From an uncultured Spirochaetota bacterium (GTDB taxonomy: Bacteria; Spirochaetota; Spirochaetia; SZUA-6; Fen-1364), in contig CAVUXE010000054.1 in NCBI GenBank assembly GCA_963745235.1, forward strand, positions 32,001 to 96,000: a DNA stretch of 64,000 nt. Direction: 5' to 3'. Below, piece after piece: positions 1 to 9,817 of this stretch. The position numbers were made by a program, and so were the translations under genes. The notes beneath the pieces were generated by a model. The model saw only the letters and a list, made by a program, of their open reading frames with translations. It made no database searches and was not told where the DNA came from. Position 1 is the stretch's first letter. The number at the start of each line of letters is the position of its first letter.

Positions 1-2
1 GG

Positions 3-287
3 TTCGGGCCCGCCGCGGAGTGGGAGCTTGTCGCCAGGGCGCGCGCGCTGGACAACGGCATCTTCGTCGCGGGAGCGGCGGCGCAGGGCAGCTTCGAAGG
101 CGCCGCTTTCCACGGAGGAAGCCTCATTGTCGACCCGCACGGCGCCATCCTGGCCGTCGCGTCGGAGGGTGAGGAGGGGGTCATTGCCGCGGAGCTCGAC
201 CAGGGAGCGGTGGACTCCTTCCGCAAGAGACTGCCGCTGCTCCAGGACAGGCGGCCGGCGTCGTACAGAGTGGATGGGCTTCCGTGA
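3..287 (+). CDS. carbon-nitrogen hydrolase (nitrilase superfamily), 3' part only
   Basis: Frame 3 translated by hand: ...WELVARARALDNGIFVAG...HGGSLIVDPHGAILA...LDQGAVDSFRKRLPLLQDRRPASY; typical CN-hydrolase C-terminus. TGA overlaps the GTG of the next gene. Confidence 0.85.
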   Translation, partial: FGPAAEWELVARARALDNGIFVAGAAAQGSFEGAAFHGGSLIVDPHGAILAVASEGEEGVIAAELDQGAVDSFRKRLPLLQDRRPASYRVDGLP

Positions 288-1060
288 CAGCAGCCGCGGG
301 GGCACGCGCCAGGAGCGGGGCGGAGACGGACCTCGCACGGCCGCTGTGCGACTGGCTTGCCGGGCTGGGGTACACGGTGCGCAGCGAGGTGAAGGACTGC
401 GACATCGCGGCGCTCAGGGGGGATGATCTTCTCATTGTCGAGATAAAAAAGGCGTTGAACCTCGCGGTGGTAGTCCAGGCCGTGCAGCGCCAGCGCATGA
501 CGGATACGGTCTATGTCGCTGTTCCCCGGCCTCCCAACAAGTGGAGGTGGTGGAAAGAGAGCAGGGGAGTCTTCCACCTCCTTCGCAGGCTGGAGCTTGG
601 TCTCCTCCTCGTTTCTCCATCAAACGGCGGACCGCCGGTGGACGTCGTGTTTCCTCCGCGGCCGCTTGCGCGCAGGAAGCGGGCGCCATCCCGCCGCGCC
701 GTGCTGGCCGAGATCTCGGGAAGGATTGCGGACTTCAACATTGCGGGAAGCTCCCGGACGAAGCTCGTGACGGCCTACCGCGAGAGCGCAATCCATATCG
801 CCTGTTGCCTGGCGCACCTCGGAAGGATGGCGCCCGCGGCGCTGCGCGCGCTGGGCACCGGATCCAAGACGCAATCCATCCTCCAGTACAATCCCTATGG
901 ATGGTTCGAAAGGGTGGAGCGCGGGGTCTACGGCTTGAGCGCGCGCGGCAGACGGGAGTTGGAGGACTATCCGCAGCTCGTGAAGCACTACCTGTCAGTC
1001 GTGAAGCGTGCTATGAAGAGAGCCCCGCGGCGTCTCCCGAAGGAGGCCCCGGCTGATTGA
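284..1060 (+). CDS. DUF2161 family putative PD-(D/E)XK phosphodiesterase
   Basis: ETDL..P, GYTVRSEVKDCDI, IVEIKK, VYVAVP, KLVTAYRE and NPYGWFERVERGVY motifs. Confidence 0.8.
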   Translation: MTAAAGARARSGAETDLARPLCDWLAGLGYTVRSEVKDCDIAALRGDDLLIVEIKKALNLAVVVQAVQRQRMTDTVYVAVPRPPNKWRWWKESRGVFHLLRRLELGLLLVSPSNGGPPVDVVFPPRPLARRKRAPSRRAVLAEISGRIADFNIAGSSRTKLVTAYRESAIHIACCLAHLGRMAPAALRALGTGSKTQSILQYNPYGWFERVERGVYGLSARGRRELEDYPQLVKHYLSVVKRAMKRAPRRLPKEAPAD

Positions 1061-1104
1061 TCCGGTCAGGATTCCGGCATTATCATTCCAGCAAGGGGGA
1101 CATC

Positions 1105-1395
1105 GTGGCTTTTCAGCGCGTGGACGGGGCGGACAAGGGAAGGATCCTCGTATACGCCCTCAGCACCTGCATGTGGTGCCGCATGGCAAAAAACCTCCTG
1201 AAGGATCTTGGGGTCGGCTATGAGTACGTCGACGTTGATCTCCTGCCCGTGGAGGAGAAGGACGCGGTCAAGAAAGAGATCCGCAAGTGGAATCCGGACG
1301 GTTCCTATCCCACCATCGTGATCAACGACAAGGACTGCGTCTCCGGCTTCGACGAGACGGAGATCAAGGAGAAGATCGGAGTGAAGGCCGGATGA
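1105..1395 (+). CDS. glutaredoxin-like protein (CMWC)
   Basis: YALSTCMWC, cis-Pro motif SYPTIVI, GFD; GTG start behind a GGGGGA RBS; ATGA overlap with the next gene. Confidence 0.85.
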   Translation: MAFQRVDGADKGRILVYALSTCMWCRMAKNLLKDLGVGYEYVDVDLLPVEEKDAVKKEIRKWNPDGSYPTIVINDKDCVSGFDETEIKEKIGVKAG

Positions 1396-1988
1396 GCGCC
1401 AGCGGGGAGAACCCTGTCATCACTCCCGAGCAGGTGCAGCAGCTCTTCGAGCGGCTGAAGACCGAGGCGGAGAGCTCGGGGTACCATCTGAACCCCAACG
1501 TGGATTTCACCAAGGGGCTCATCGAAGGGCTCCTTGTGAACGAGGCGCGCCATGGCTACTGGGCGTGCCCGTGCAGGCTCCCGTCGGGCTCCAAGGAGCA
1601 GGACCTGGACATCATCTGCCCCTGCGACTACAGGGACCCGGACCTGGATGAATACGACACCTGCTACTGCGCGCTGTACGTTTCCCAGGACGTCGTTGAC
1701 GGTAAGAAGAAGGCCACGCGGATCCCGGAGCGCAGGCCGCCGGAGCGGGATTCGGCCTCCCCGCCCGCCGACAGCGCGGAGCAGGCAGCCGCCGCTCCCG
1801 CAGCGGCAGCCGCCGCAGCAGAAGCACGACCGCTCCGCGCGGCGGGCCTTGCGGCGGCCGGCCTCGAAGCTCTCGGCTATCCCGTGTGGCGCTGCAGGGT
1901 GTGCGGCTACCTCTGCGCCCGGGCCCAGCCCCCCGCCGTCTGTCCCATCTGCAAGGCGAAGAAGGAGCGATTCGAACGGTTCATCTGA
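1392..1988 (+). CDS. ferredoxin:thioredoxin reductase catalytic subunit-like protein fused to a C-terminal rubredoxin-like domain
   Basis: CPCR...ICPCDY...CYCALY FTR cysteine pattern, Ala-rich linker, then WRCRVCGY...CPICKAKK. Confidence 0.88.
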   Translation: MSASGENPVITPEQVQQLFERLKTEAESSGYHLNPNVDFTKGLIEGLLVNEARHGYWACPCRLPSGSKEQDLDIICPCDYRDPDLDEYDTCYCALYVSQDVVDGKKKATRIPERRPPERDSASPPADSAEQAAAAPAAAAAAAEARPLRAAGLAAAGLEALGYPVWRCRVCGYLCARAQPPAVCPICKAKKERFERFI

Positions 1989-3225
1989 TGGACGGCCGCT
2001 CCGCCTTTCTCCCCTGATCTCCTGCAATCAGATCGGAAACCCTTCTCTGCGCTGCGCCGAGTGAGCCGGACCTCACCATTCCAGCCAGCTCCTGGAAGAG
2101 CTTCTTGTCAGAGAGTCGGGTAAGGAACGGAAAATCCTGGCGGAGCACCCAGAAGCCCCATCCCGGGTCAAGCTTCAAGCTGGGCGTCCGCGAGCTGCCG
2201 CGTGGCCCGCTTTCGATGCTGCGAAGCCGGCGGTACTCCCTGTCGATCTCCCTGCTCACCCTTTTGCCGGCAATCCTGCGCACGACGTCCATGCGCACCA
2301 GCTCCATCTTCCTGTCCAGGTTTGTCCCGCTCTTGAAGGTGACGGGGAGCGGGAGAGAAACCAGGATCTCTCCGTCCGGCGTGAACCCCATCATTCCCTG
2401 GGTGTGGTAGCCTTTTTCCAGGGGGAGCACCGGCGCGGCCCGCGGATACACGCGGAGCTTTCTGTACTCCTCCAGCTGCTCGCGGACCCGGCGCGCCTGT
2501 TCCTGGATGGCCGCGTCCCCCGGCTGCGAAGCGAGCCTGCGCTCGAGCTGGGGAAGGAGCTCGTTCTCCATGTAATGGATTGCCTGGGAGAGGGGAACCC
2601 GCATGGCGCGCGAGCTGTAGGTCATCTCTTCTCCTTCCTCGATGCCGTACGGAGGCTTCTGCGGTCTGAGCCGTATCATGACGGGGAAGAGGGAGAGGAG
2701 GATCTGCTGCACGAAAGCGGGATAGCGCTGGACGTCGAAGGGAGGATACAGGTCATCCTCCCCCAGGTACTTGCGGATTGAGGTGACGACGGTTCGGGAA
2801 AGAATGCGCCTTTTGCGCTCATCCATTTCCAGGGGCTCGAGGAGCCCGCCGCCGCCCGACACCAGGAACTCTTCCAGGAGCCGCTTTACCTCGCTGAAAA
2901 GCGGACTGTCCTGGACCGTCCCTCTCTGGTCCTCGGAGATATTCTGCGAGACCAGACCGTCTACCAGGCGTATGGCGGACAACGCCCTCCTGCCAATGGC
3001 GGCCCCGACGTCTTCGAAGCCTTCCCCTGCCCTCCGCGTTTTTTTCAGAAGGACGATGCACAGGCGAAGCTTCACCTTGGCGAGCGCCAGGCTCAGGTCG
3101 ATGTCTTTCATGCCCGACAGGCGTGCATCCATGTCGCGGGCCAGCTCCTCCAGCCGCCCCTCCTCTGCCAGGAGCTCCTGGGTTTCCTGCGAGAGCTCGC
3201 TCGGCGGCAGGTCGCTGGTTGCCAC
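1981..3225 (-). CDS. hypothetical protein (414 aa)
   Basis: Long ORF with natural composition; start codon abuts the stop of the upstream DinB gene; no family recognised. Confidence 0.65.
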   Translation of the reverse strand: MATSDLPPSELSQETQELLAEEGRLEELARDMDARLSGMKDIDLSLALAKVKLRLCIVLLKKTRRAGEGFEDVGAAIGRRALSAIRLVDGLVSQNISEDQRGTVQDSPLFSEVKRLLEEFLVSGGGGLLEPLEMDERKRRILSRTVVTSIRKYLGEDDLYPPFDVQRYPAFVQQILLSLFPVMIRLRPQKPPYGIEEGEEMTYSSRAMRVPLSQAIHYMENELLPQLERRLASQPGDAAIQEQARRVREQLEEYRKLRVYPRAAPVLPLEKGYHTQGMMGFTPDGEILVSLPLPVTFKSGTNLDRKMELVRMDVVRRIAGKRVSREIDREYRRLRSIESGPRGSSRTPSLKLDPGWGFWVLRQDFPFLTRLSDKKLFQELAGMVRSGSLGAAQRRVSDLIAGDQGRKAERPSIR

Positions 3226-3705
3226 TTACTTCTCCGGCCAGGCCTTCAGGCCTCTTCTCACGTCGATGAGCTGCCCGACATGGTAGGAGTTGTGGTCTAT
3301 GACGAGAAGAGCCTCGCGGAGAAGGGTCTGCCCCTGGCCATGAGGAAAGGGGGCAAGCAGGTCGTTCTTCGTGTCCCGGACCAGGGCGATCATTGCGGCG
3401 AGGTCAGAACGGAACGTCTTGACCGTCTTTTCCCAGTCCGAGGCCGGTGCAGGCGCATCTTCCTTTGGCCAATACCCCTGAGGCCATGCGGGAGACTTGT
3501 ACGATGGGTCTCTCACGAACTCAAGGATATCCTCCTGCGTGATCCAGAGATGGTACAGGATCTCCCACGCCGTATGCTGAAGTCCGGGGACATGGCGCCC
3601 GGCAAGGTCCACCGGAAAACCATCCACGGCCTTCTCGAACGGGACATGAGCGCCCCGACCACGAAGCGTTTCGGCCAGCTGCTCCCGAACCTTTCCCTCG
3701 TCCAT
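3226..3705 (-). CDS. DinB/YfiT family protein
   Basis: AHVPFEKAV, HTAWEILYHL, LLREALLVIDHNSYHVGQL His-triad pattern; GGAGG RBS. Confidence 0.85.
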   Translation of the reverse strand: MDEGKVREQLAETLRGRGAHVPFEKAVDGFPVDLAGRHVPGLQHTAWEILYHLWITQEDILEFVRDPSYKSPAWPQGYWPKEDAPAPASDWEKTVKTFRSDLAAMIALVRDTKNDLLAPFPHGQGQTLLREALLVIDHNSYHVGQLIDVRRGLKAWPEK

Positions 3706-3780
3706 TGCGCATCCTCCGTCCGCAACAAATGTACCACGGATGCTGTTCCAAGGGGCATGTTCAGATTATAGTGGCGGGAA

Positions 3781-4999
3781 ATGCTTCCGGCGCGAAGAAC
3801 CTTTGCGGCCCTGTCGTACCCCAACTACCGTCTGTGGTTCGTGGGGCAGATGGTCTCCCTGTTTGGAACGTGGATGCAGACCACGGCGCAGGGGTACCTC
3901 GTCTACGAGCTCACCAGGTCGGAGGCGTACCTCGGGTACGTGGGGTTCGCCTCCGGGGTCGCGACGTGGGCGTTCACCCTCTACGGCGGCGCGATCGCTG
4001 ACCGCGTGCCGCGGCGCAACCTCATTGTCATCACGCAGAGCTTCAGCATGCTTCTGGCTTTCGTGCTCTCTCTCCTGGTTTTCCTGCGCGTGGTCGCCCC
4101 CTGGCACATCGTCATCCTGGCCTTTTGCCTCGGGGTGGTCAACTCCTTTGACGCTCCCGCCCGGCAGTCCTTTGTGCTGGAGATGGTGGATCGGCCCGTG
4201 CTCACCAACGCCATCGCCCTCAACTCCATGATGTTCAACACGGCCACCGCCGTCGGACCCGCGGTCGGCGGGCTCACCTACGCGCTGTTCGGGCCGGGCT
4301 GGTGCTTCGCCATCAACGGCCTGTCTTTCCTTGCGGTCATTGCGGCGCTCCTGGCAATGCGTCTTGCGCCGTTCACCCCGCCGGCCCGGAAGGCCTCCAC
4401 CGGCGTAGAAATCAGGGAGGGGCTGCGCGCGGTCCTCGCGGACCGGCAGGATACTGGCCATTATCTGCCTGATGGCAGCCGTCAGCCTCTTCGGCATGTC
4501 GTTCGCGACCCTCATTCCGGCCTGGGCCGTGCAGATCCTCCACGGAGATTCGCGCATCAACGGTTTCCTCCAGTCCGCGCGTGGCATCGGAGCGCTGACG
4601 GCCGCGCTGTGGATTGCCTCCTTCGCCCACAGGCGCCGCAAGGGGATGACGATAACGGCGGCCAGTCTTCTCTTCCCCTTCATGCTCGTTCTCTTCTCCT
4701 TCACACGGATCCTTCCCTTGTCCCTCCTTGCCATCCTGGCCGTTGGCGCCACGAACATCACCGTGAACAACCTTGCCAACGCGCTGGTGCAGACCCTCAC
4801 CCCGGATGCACTCCGCGGGCGCGTCATGAGCATCTACATGCTCTCTTTCTTCGGCTTCATGCCCATCGGGGCGCTCCTGGCCGGATCTTTCGCAACGGTC
4901 GTGGGAGTGCCGCTCACGATTGAGGTCGGCGCCTCGGCGACCCTGGCCTGCGCCATGGCAGTTGCGTTTTTCGTGCCCGCGGTTCGGAGGCTGGACTAG
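3781..4999 (+). CDS. MFS transporter (MFS_3/DHA3-like), apparent frameshift near 4445
   Basis: NYRLWFVGQMVSLFGTWMQ, GAIADRVPRR, DAPARQSF in the first frame; LRGRVMSIY in the second frame (4472-4999). Confidence 0.85.
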
Positions 5000-5000
5000 G

Positions 5001-5354
5001 ATGGAGTCGATCCTGCGCGTCATCCTCGACTGGGTCGGGAAGCAGATGACGGCGGCGCGGGAAATCTACGGGGTGGACCCCGTCGTTTTCCTGGCCCTGC
5101 TCTTTGGCGCAAGCCCCGTGTTCTATTTTTCCATCTACCGCATGGTGCGCGCCGTCGCAAAAAGACGCTTGAACGAAGTGACCGTCTGGAGCATGATATT
5201 CCTGCTCTCCACTGTCGCCCCCTACCTGTACGTCCTGGTGGCCGGAAGGAACATTCCCTGGTGGGTGTACATCATCATCGGGCTCGTCGTCGCCCAGGGG
5301 ATCTGGTCGCTGGTGCGCAGGCTCAGGAAGAAGCCCGAGCCCGGCAAGTCCTAG
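5001..5354 (+). CDS. hypothetical membrane protein (about 3 TM)
   Basis: ATG right after the MFS stop; three hydrophobic segments; YGVDPVVF motif. Confidence 0.7.
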   Translation: MESILRVILDWVGKQMTAAREIYGVDPVVFLALLFGASPVFYFSIYRMVRAVAKRRLNEVTVWSMIFLLSTVAPYLYVLVAGRNIPWWVYIIIGLVVAQGIWSLVRRLRKKPEPGKS

Positions 5355-5437
5355 ACGGGGATGGGGGGGGCAAGCGAGGCCTCCGGCGGCTCAGCCGCGG
5401 GTTGAGGCAGCCGAGAGAGAGGGGAGGAGCGGGTCAT

Positions 5438-6769
5438 ATGCCGAGATTTTCCCGCAGAATGGGCAAGGCGCGCAGGTCGTTCGTCAGGGAGATCCTCAAG
5501 GTCACGGAGGACCCGTCCATCATCTCATTCGCCGGCGGTTTGCCCAACCCCCGGTTCTTCCCCGTCGCTGAGCTCTCACGGGCAACAGAGAGAACGCTCG
5601 CGGAGAGCGGCCCCGCGGCGCTCCAGTACGCCACCACGGAAGGGTTCCCGCCCCTTCGGGAATACATCGCCGAGCGCTACGCGCGGCGGGGAGTCCGCGT
5701 TGCCGCCAGGGACATCCTCATCACGAACGGATCCCAGCAGGGGCTGGACCTTGTTGCAAAGGCGCTCCTGGACCAGGGGGACACGGTGCTCGTGGAGCGG
5801 CCCACCTACCTTGCGGCCATCCAGGCATTCAGCCTGTTCGAGCCAGGATTTCGAGCCCTGGAGTTGTGCGAAGACGGGGTGCAGGCAGATCTGATTGCAC
5901 GGGCCCTGCACGAGGACTCACCCAAGCTCTTCTATGTCATCCCGAACTTCCAAAACCCTTCCGGGATAACCTGGTCCGCGGAACGCCGGCGCGGGGCAGC
6001 CTCCCTGATCGCCGCCAGCGACACCGTGCTCGTGGAGGATGACCCGTATGGGGAGCTTCGGTTCGCCGGGGAAGCTGTCCCGCCAATGGGGGTCGTGCCG
6101 CCAGACTCCTCGCTTGCTCCGTGGGCTGTCCTGCTTGGCACGTTCTCCAAGACAGTCGCGCCCGGCATGCGGCTGGGATGGCTGTGCGCGGGGCCTGAGA
6201 TCATGGAGCGGGTGATCATTGCCAAGCAGGCAGCGGACCTGCACTCCAACGGCTTTGCGCAGCGGGTCCTGCATCGCTACCTGTCCGACAACGATGTGGA
6301 TGGTCATATCGCGAAGATCCGTGACGCCTACGGGAAGCAGCGGGATCTCATGGTGCGCATGGTGGAGACGCTGTTCCCGCCGGAAGTCCGCTGCACACGA
6401 CCGCAGGGCGGGATGTTCCTCTGGATGACTCTGCCAGAGGGGATGTCGTCCACGGACCTGCTGGAGAAAGCGATCACGGAGAAGGTCGCATTCGTGCCGG
6501 GCCAGGCATTCTTCACGGATGACTGCGGAGCCAACACGATGCGGCTGAACTTCTCCAACGCCGACGAGCCCATGATCGAGGAAGGCATGAAGCGCCTGGC
6601 GCGCGTGTTTGCCGGGACGGGGGCCGGCTCAGGTAAAGAAGGCTCCGGCGTCGGGGGCCGTCCAGTCGAGAATCAGCGGCGTGACGGCAACTTTCCCCTC
6701 ACGGACCAGCACGTAGGCGTCGGTCCCCGGCTCGAAAACCGAAGGATCGGTGGAAAGGGTCGCCTCTGA
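5438..6769 (+). CDS. PLP-dependent class I/II aminotransferase (MocR-like catalytic domain, no HTH)
   Basis: IISFAGGLPNP, ALQY, ITNGSQQGLDL, IPNFQNPSG, EDDPYGEL, GTFSKTVAPGMRLGW (PLP Lys), MRLNFS. 3' end runs 141 bp into surE. Confidence 0.9.
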   Translation: MPRFSRRMGKARRSFVREILKVTEDPSIISFAGGLPNPRFFPVAELSRATERTLAESGPAALQYATTEGFPPLREYIAERYARRGVRVAARDILITNGSQQGLDLVAKALLDQGDTVLVERPTYLAAIQAFSLFEPGFRALELCEDGVQADLIARALHEDSPKLFYVIPNFQNPSGITWSAERRRGAASLIAASDTVLVEDDPYGELRFAGEAVPPMGVVPPDSSLAPWAVLLGTFSKTVAPGMRLGWLCAGPEIMERVIIAKQAADLHSNGFAQRVLHRYLSDNDVDGHIAKIRDAYGKQRDLMVRMVETLFPPEVRCTRPQGGMFLWMTLPEGMSSTDLLEKAITEKVAFVPGQAFFTDDCGANTMRLNFSNADEPMIEEGMKRLARVFAGTGAGSGKEGSGVGGRPVENQRRDGNFPLTDQHVGVGPRLENRRIGGKGRL

Positions 6770-7402
6770 TACCACCGCATCATCGGACTGCCTGTTCATT
6801 CTGGCCAGATAGTAAGGGCCGCGCCGGAGCCTGCACACCTTCCATTCCGTCCGTTCATTCGCGTTCATGGGCACGTCGATCTTCAGCACGTCGAAGCCGG
6901 CAAACGCGCCTTTTTCGATAAACCGGCGGACAAACATTCCAAGGAAGAACTGCGCCGCGGTCCAGTCGATCTGTCCATACGCCCGGTGTCCTGTGAGCTC
7001 GGTCTGCATGGAGACAGCGATGGCCGGGATTCCGCGGACTGCGCATTCGATTGCGGCCCCGACGGTCCCTGATGAGCTGATGTCGTACCCGATGTTTTCT
7101 CCATAGTTGATCCCTGATATTGCCAGGTCGATCCTTGCATCCCTCAGGACCGTGGAGAATGCGTGGCGCACGACAAGCGCGGGTGAGCCCTCCAGGTGGA
7201 AAGCAGAGACTTTCCCCGCGCCCACGCTTATGGGGGTCGTCGAAAAAGGGCTCGTCCTGTCTCCAGCCAGGCTCCTGCCCGCGCCGGTCTTCTGGCTGGA
7301 CGGGGCGGCTACCACGACATGGGCAAAGCCGCGGGCCGTCTCAACGGCTGCCGCGAGGCCCGGTGACATGACCCCGTCATCGTTCGTGCAGAGGATTTCC
7401 AT
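6629..7402 (-). CDS. surE: 5'/3'-nucleotidase SurE
   Basis: [47 protein letters not shown]. Confidence 0.9.
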   Translation of the reverse strand: MEILCTNDDGVMSPGLAAAVETARGFAHVVVAAPSSQKTGAGRSLAGDRTSPFSTTPISVGAGKVSAFHLEGSPALVVRHAFSTVLRDARIDLAISGINYGENIGYDISSSGTVGAAIECAVRGIPAIAVSMQTELTGHRAYGQIDWTAAQFFLGMFVRRFIEKGAFAGFDVLKIDVPMNANERTEWKVCRLRRGPYYLARMNRQSDDAVVSEATLSTDPSVFEPGTDAYVLVREGKVAVTPLILDWTAPDAGAFFT

Positions 7403-7416
7403 CCGGCAGATATGGT

Positions 7417-8457
7417 TCAGGCGAGCCCGAAGAGCCGTCTCCTGAAACCGAGGGAGACGCGGACAAGTCCAATCATCACGGGCACTTCAACCAGCGGACC
7501 GATCACAGCCGCAAAGGCCACCCCGGATCCGATGCCGAAGACTGCGACGGAGACCGCAATGGCGAGCTCGAAGTTGTTGCTTCCGGCCGTAAAAGAGAGT
7601 GTCGCGGTCTTCCCGTAGTCCGTTCCTATCGCCCGGCTCATGAAGAAGCTGAGGAAGAACATGACGCTGAAGTAGATGAGGAGCGGTACGGCAATCCGAA
7701 GGACGTCCAGCGGAATCTGCACGATCAGGCTCCCCTTGAGACTGAACATCACGATGATGGTGAAAAGGAGGGCCACAAGGGTAAGGGGGCTGATGCGCGG
7801 TATGAAGCGGCCGTGGTACCACTCCCTGCCCTTTGCGCGCACCAGAACGAATCGGGTAATGAACCCGGCGACAAACGGTATCCCGAGGTAGATGAATACG
7901 CTTCTGGCAATCTGCCCGATTGTGACATTGACGGTTGTGCCCGGCAGTCCGAACACCGGAAGCAGAACAGTTATGAAAAGCCATGCGTACACGCTGTAGA
8001 ACAGGACCTGGAAGATGCTGTTGAAGGCAACCAGGCCTGCCGCATATTCGGCGTCACCTTTGGCAAGGTCGTTCCATACGATGACCATCGCGATGCACCT
8101 CGCGAGACCGATCATGATCAGCCCCGTCATGTAGGCGGGGTATCCCCTGAGGAAGGCGACGGCAAGGACGAACATCAGGATCGGGCCGATCACCCAGTTC
8201 TGGACAAGAGAAAGGCCGAGCACCTTCACGTTCCTGAAGACATCACCGAGCTCTTCGTAGCGCACTTTTGCCAGCGGCGGGTACATCATCAGGATCAGCC
8301 CGATGGCGATGGGGATGTTCGTCGTCCCGACCTGGAAACGGTTGATGAAGGGGACAACGGCAGGCACGCCCCAGCCGAGAGCCACTCCCGCGGCCATGGC
8401 CAGGAAGATCCACAAGGTCAAAAAACGGTCAAGGAACGACAGTCTGCCGCTCTTCAT
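7417..8457 (-). CDS. acr3: ACR3 family arsenite efflux transporter
   Basis: [56 protein letters not shown]. Confidence 0.95.
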   Translation of the reverse strand: MKSGRLSFLDRFLTLWIFLAMAAGVALGWGVPAVVPFINRFQVGTTNIPIAIGLILMMYPPLAKVRYEELGDVFRNVKVLGLSLVQNWVIGPILMFVLAVAFLRGYPAYMTGLIMIGLARCIAMVIVWNDLAKGDAEYAAGLVAFNSIFQVLFYSVYAWLFITVLLPVFGLPGTTVNVTIGQIARSVFIYLGIPFVAGFITRFVLVRAKGREWYHGRFIPRISPLTLVALLFTIIVMFSLKGSLIVQIPLDVLRIAVPLLIYFSVMFFLSFFMSRAIGTDYGKTATLSFTAGSNNFELAIAVSVAVFGIGSGVAFAAVIGPLVEVPVMIGLVRVSLGFRRRLFGLA

Positions 8458-8876
8458 TTCACACTCGCGACGAACTCTTTGACCTTCTCCCTGATGGAAT
8501 CTCTTACCTCCCGCACCTGCCTCATGACCTCCTCGTCACTGCCGGTGAACGTCGACGGATCCGGGTAGGACCACTGCAGCCGCACCGAACGTCCCGGAAA
8601 AATGGGACACCGGTCCGCCGCCTCTTTTGAGCAGACCGCAATGACGTAGTTGTAATACCTGCCTTGTTTGAAGAACTCGAAAACATCATTCGTTTGCTTC
8701 CCGGAGATGTCAATTCCCTCTTCCTGAAGCGCGCGAACGACGTAGGGGTTGAGCTTCCCGGCTTCCAGGCCCGCGCTTTCAACCTCGAATTTTCCGCCGC
8801 CGAGCTTCCTCAAATACGCCTCAGCCATCTGGCTTCTGGCGGAATTGTGCGTGCAGACAAACAGGACCCGCGGCAT
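8454..8876 (-). CDS. arsC: arsenate reductase, thioredoxin-dependent LMW-PTPase family
   Basis: [16 protein letters not shown]-loop, VC...RCPIFPG resolving cysteines, W.YPDP; ATGA-coupled to acr3. Confidence 0.92.
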   Translation of the reverse strand: MPRVLFVCTHNSARSQMAEAYLRKLGGGKFEVESAGLEAGKLNPYVVRALQEEGIDISGKQTNDVFEFFKQGRYYNYVIAVCSKEAADRCPIFPGRSVRLQWSYPDPSTFTGSDEEVMRQVREVRDSIREKVKEFVASVK

Positions 8877-8894
8877 GGGCGCCTCCTCGATTAC

Positions 8895-8916
8895 TACATG
8901 AGTATATAGTCATATA
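8895..8916. promoter_or_regulatory. putative ArsR operator upstream of arsC
   Basis: AT-rich imperfect inverted repeat TACATGA-gtatatag-TCATATA in the arsR-arsC gap, overlapping a TATACT -10-like hexamer on the minus strand. Confidence 0.55.
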
Positions 8917-8935
8917 CAGCCGCGGGTCAACCGGC

Positions 8936-9277
8936 TCAGCAGTGATTCCGAGAAGAATGCAGCCTCTTTGCCAGGCGGACACGGTCCGACTGCCAGACAG
9001 GATCCGCGTGGATGGCTTCGCACAAAGAATCCACGATTGGCCCATAGGGGTCCGGAAGCGCCTTGCGAGAGTAGTACGTGAACAAGGCCTTCTTCTGAGC
9101 GTTGACTATTCCGGCATGCCTGAGCTTTGCCAGGTGGCGGCTCAGGTTGGATTGGTTGAGCCTCAGGATCGCCTCCAGGTCGCAGACACACAGGGTCTTT
9201 TCGTGAAGGAGGTTCAGGATTCGAAGCCGGTTCGGGTCGGCAAGGGCTTTCAGGACCTCTGATACATCCATGATCAT
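8936..9277 (-). CDS. arsR: ArsR/SmtB family repressor
   Basis: LKALADPNRLRIL, LCVCDL arsenite-binding box, QSNLSRHLAKL helix. Confidence 0.9.
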   Translation of the reverse strand: MIMDVSEVLKALADPNRLRILNLLHEKTLCVCDLEAILRLNQSNLSRHLAKLRHAGIVNAQKKALFTYYSRKALPDPYGPIVDSLCEAIHADPVWQSDRVRLAKRLHSSRNHC

Positions 9278-9651
9278 GCGGGTGACGTCACCGTTGCCCA
9301 CCTCTCGGCGATCTTGTCTCCTTCAAGCCGCCGTTCCACAAACCCATCGAACTCCACCTGCTTGCCCGTTTGCGCCTTCGTCCTGTTCCACCTGTTGCGG
9401 CAGACCACCTTGTCTGCCTCTGCAATCATGTCCTCGATGGAGACGCGCAGGTCCGGCATTGCCGAATGCATTGCCCGCATCATCTGTTCGTCTCCCGCAA
9501 CGTCGGTGGGCCTGCCTCCGGGGCCATCGTGGTCGTAAAAGTCCAGAGTCATGTTGCTGCGAATGACCTCCGCCTTCTTGTTGTTCACGAAGTCCTCGAA
9601 ATGCTGGCGAACGATCGCCTTCATCCTGTCCGTCGTGAGGGTGGTGGCCAT
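9274..9651 (-). CDS. SnoaL-like (ester cyclase/NTF2-like) protein
   Basis: VRQHFEDFVN, FYDHDGP, PDLRVSIEDMIAEADKVV, KIAERW; AGGAGG RBS; stop overlaps the arsR ATG. Confidence 0.8.
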   Translation of the reverse strand: MATTLTTDRMKAIVRQHFEDFVNNKKAEVIRSNMTLDFYDHDGPGGRPTDVAGDEQMMRAMHSAMPDLRVSIEDMIAEADKVVCRNRWNRTKAQTGKQVEFDGFVERRLEGDKIAERWATVTSPA

Positions 9652-9817
9652 CAGGTTCCTCCTGGAGAAGCGCAAGCCGTTTTTCCAACCCCGCCTTTCA
9701 GGCTCCCGAATGCTCGCCTGAAGAGATGACGGTAGCGCCAGCCCGCATGGCACAACAAGCAATTGTCTCGCAGCGAAAAACCCAGGGCCGTGTCGTGCAA
9801 CGACTGGGCAGCCACGG

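Noticed and set aside
284-1060. DUF2161 nuclease fold as a defence system
   Set aside because: Single gene in housekeeping context with no methylase, ATPase or other defence partner.
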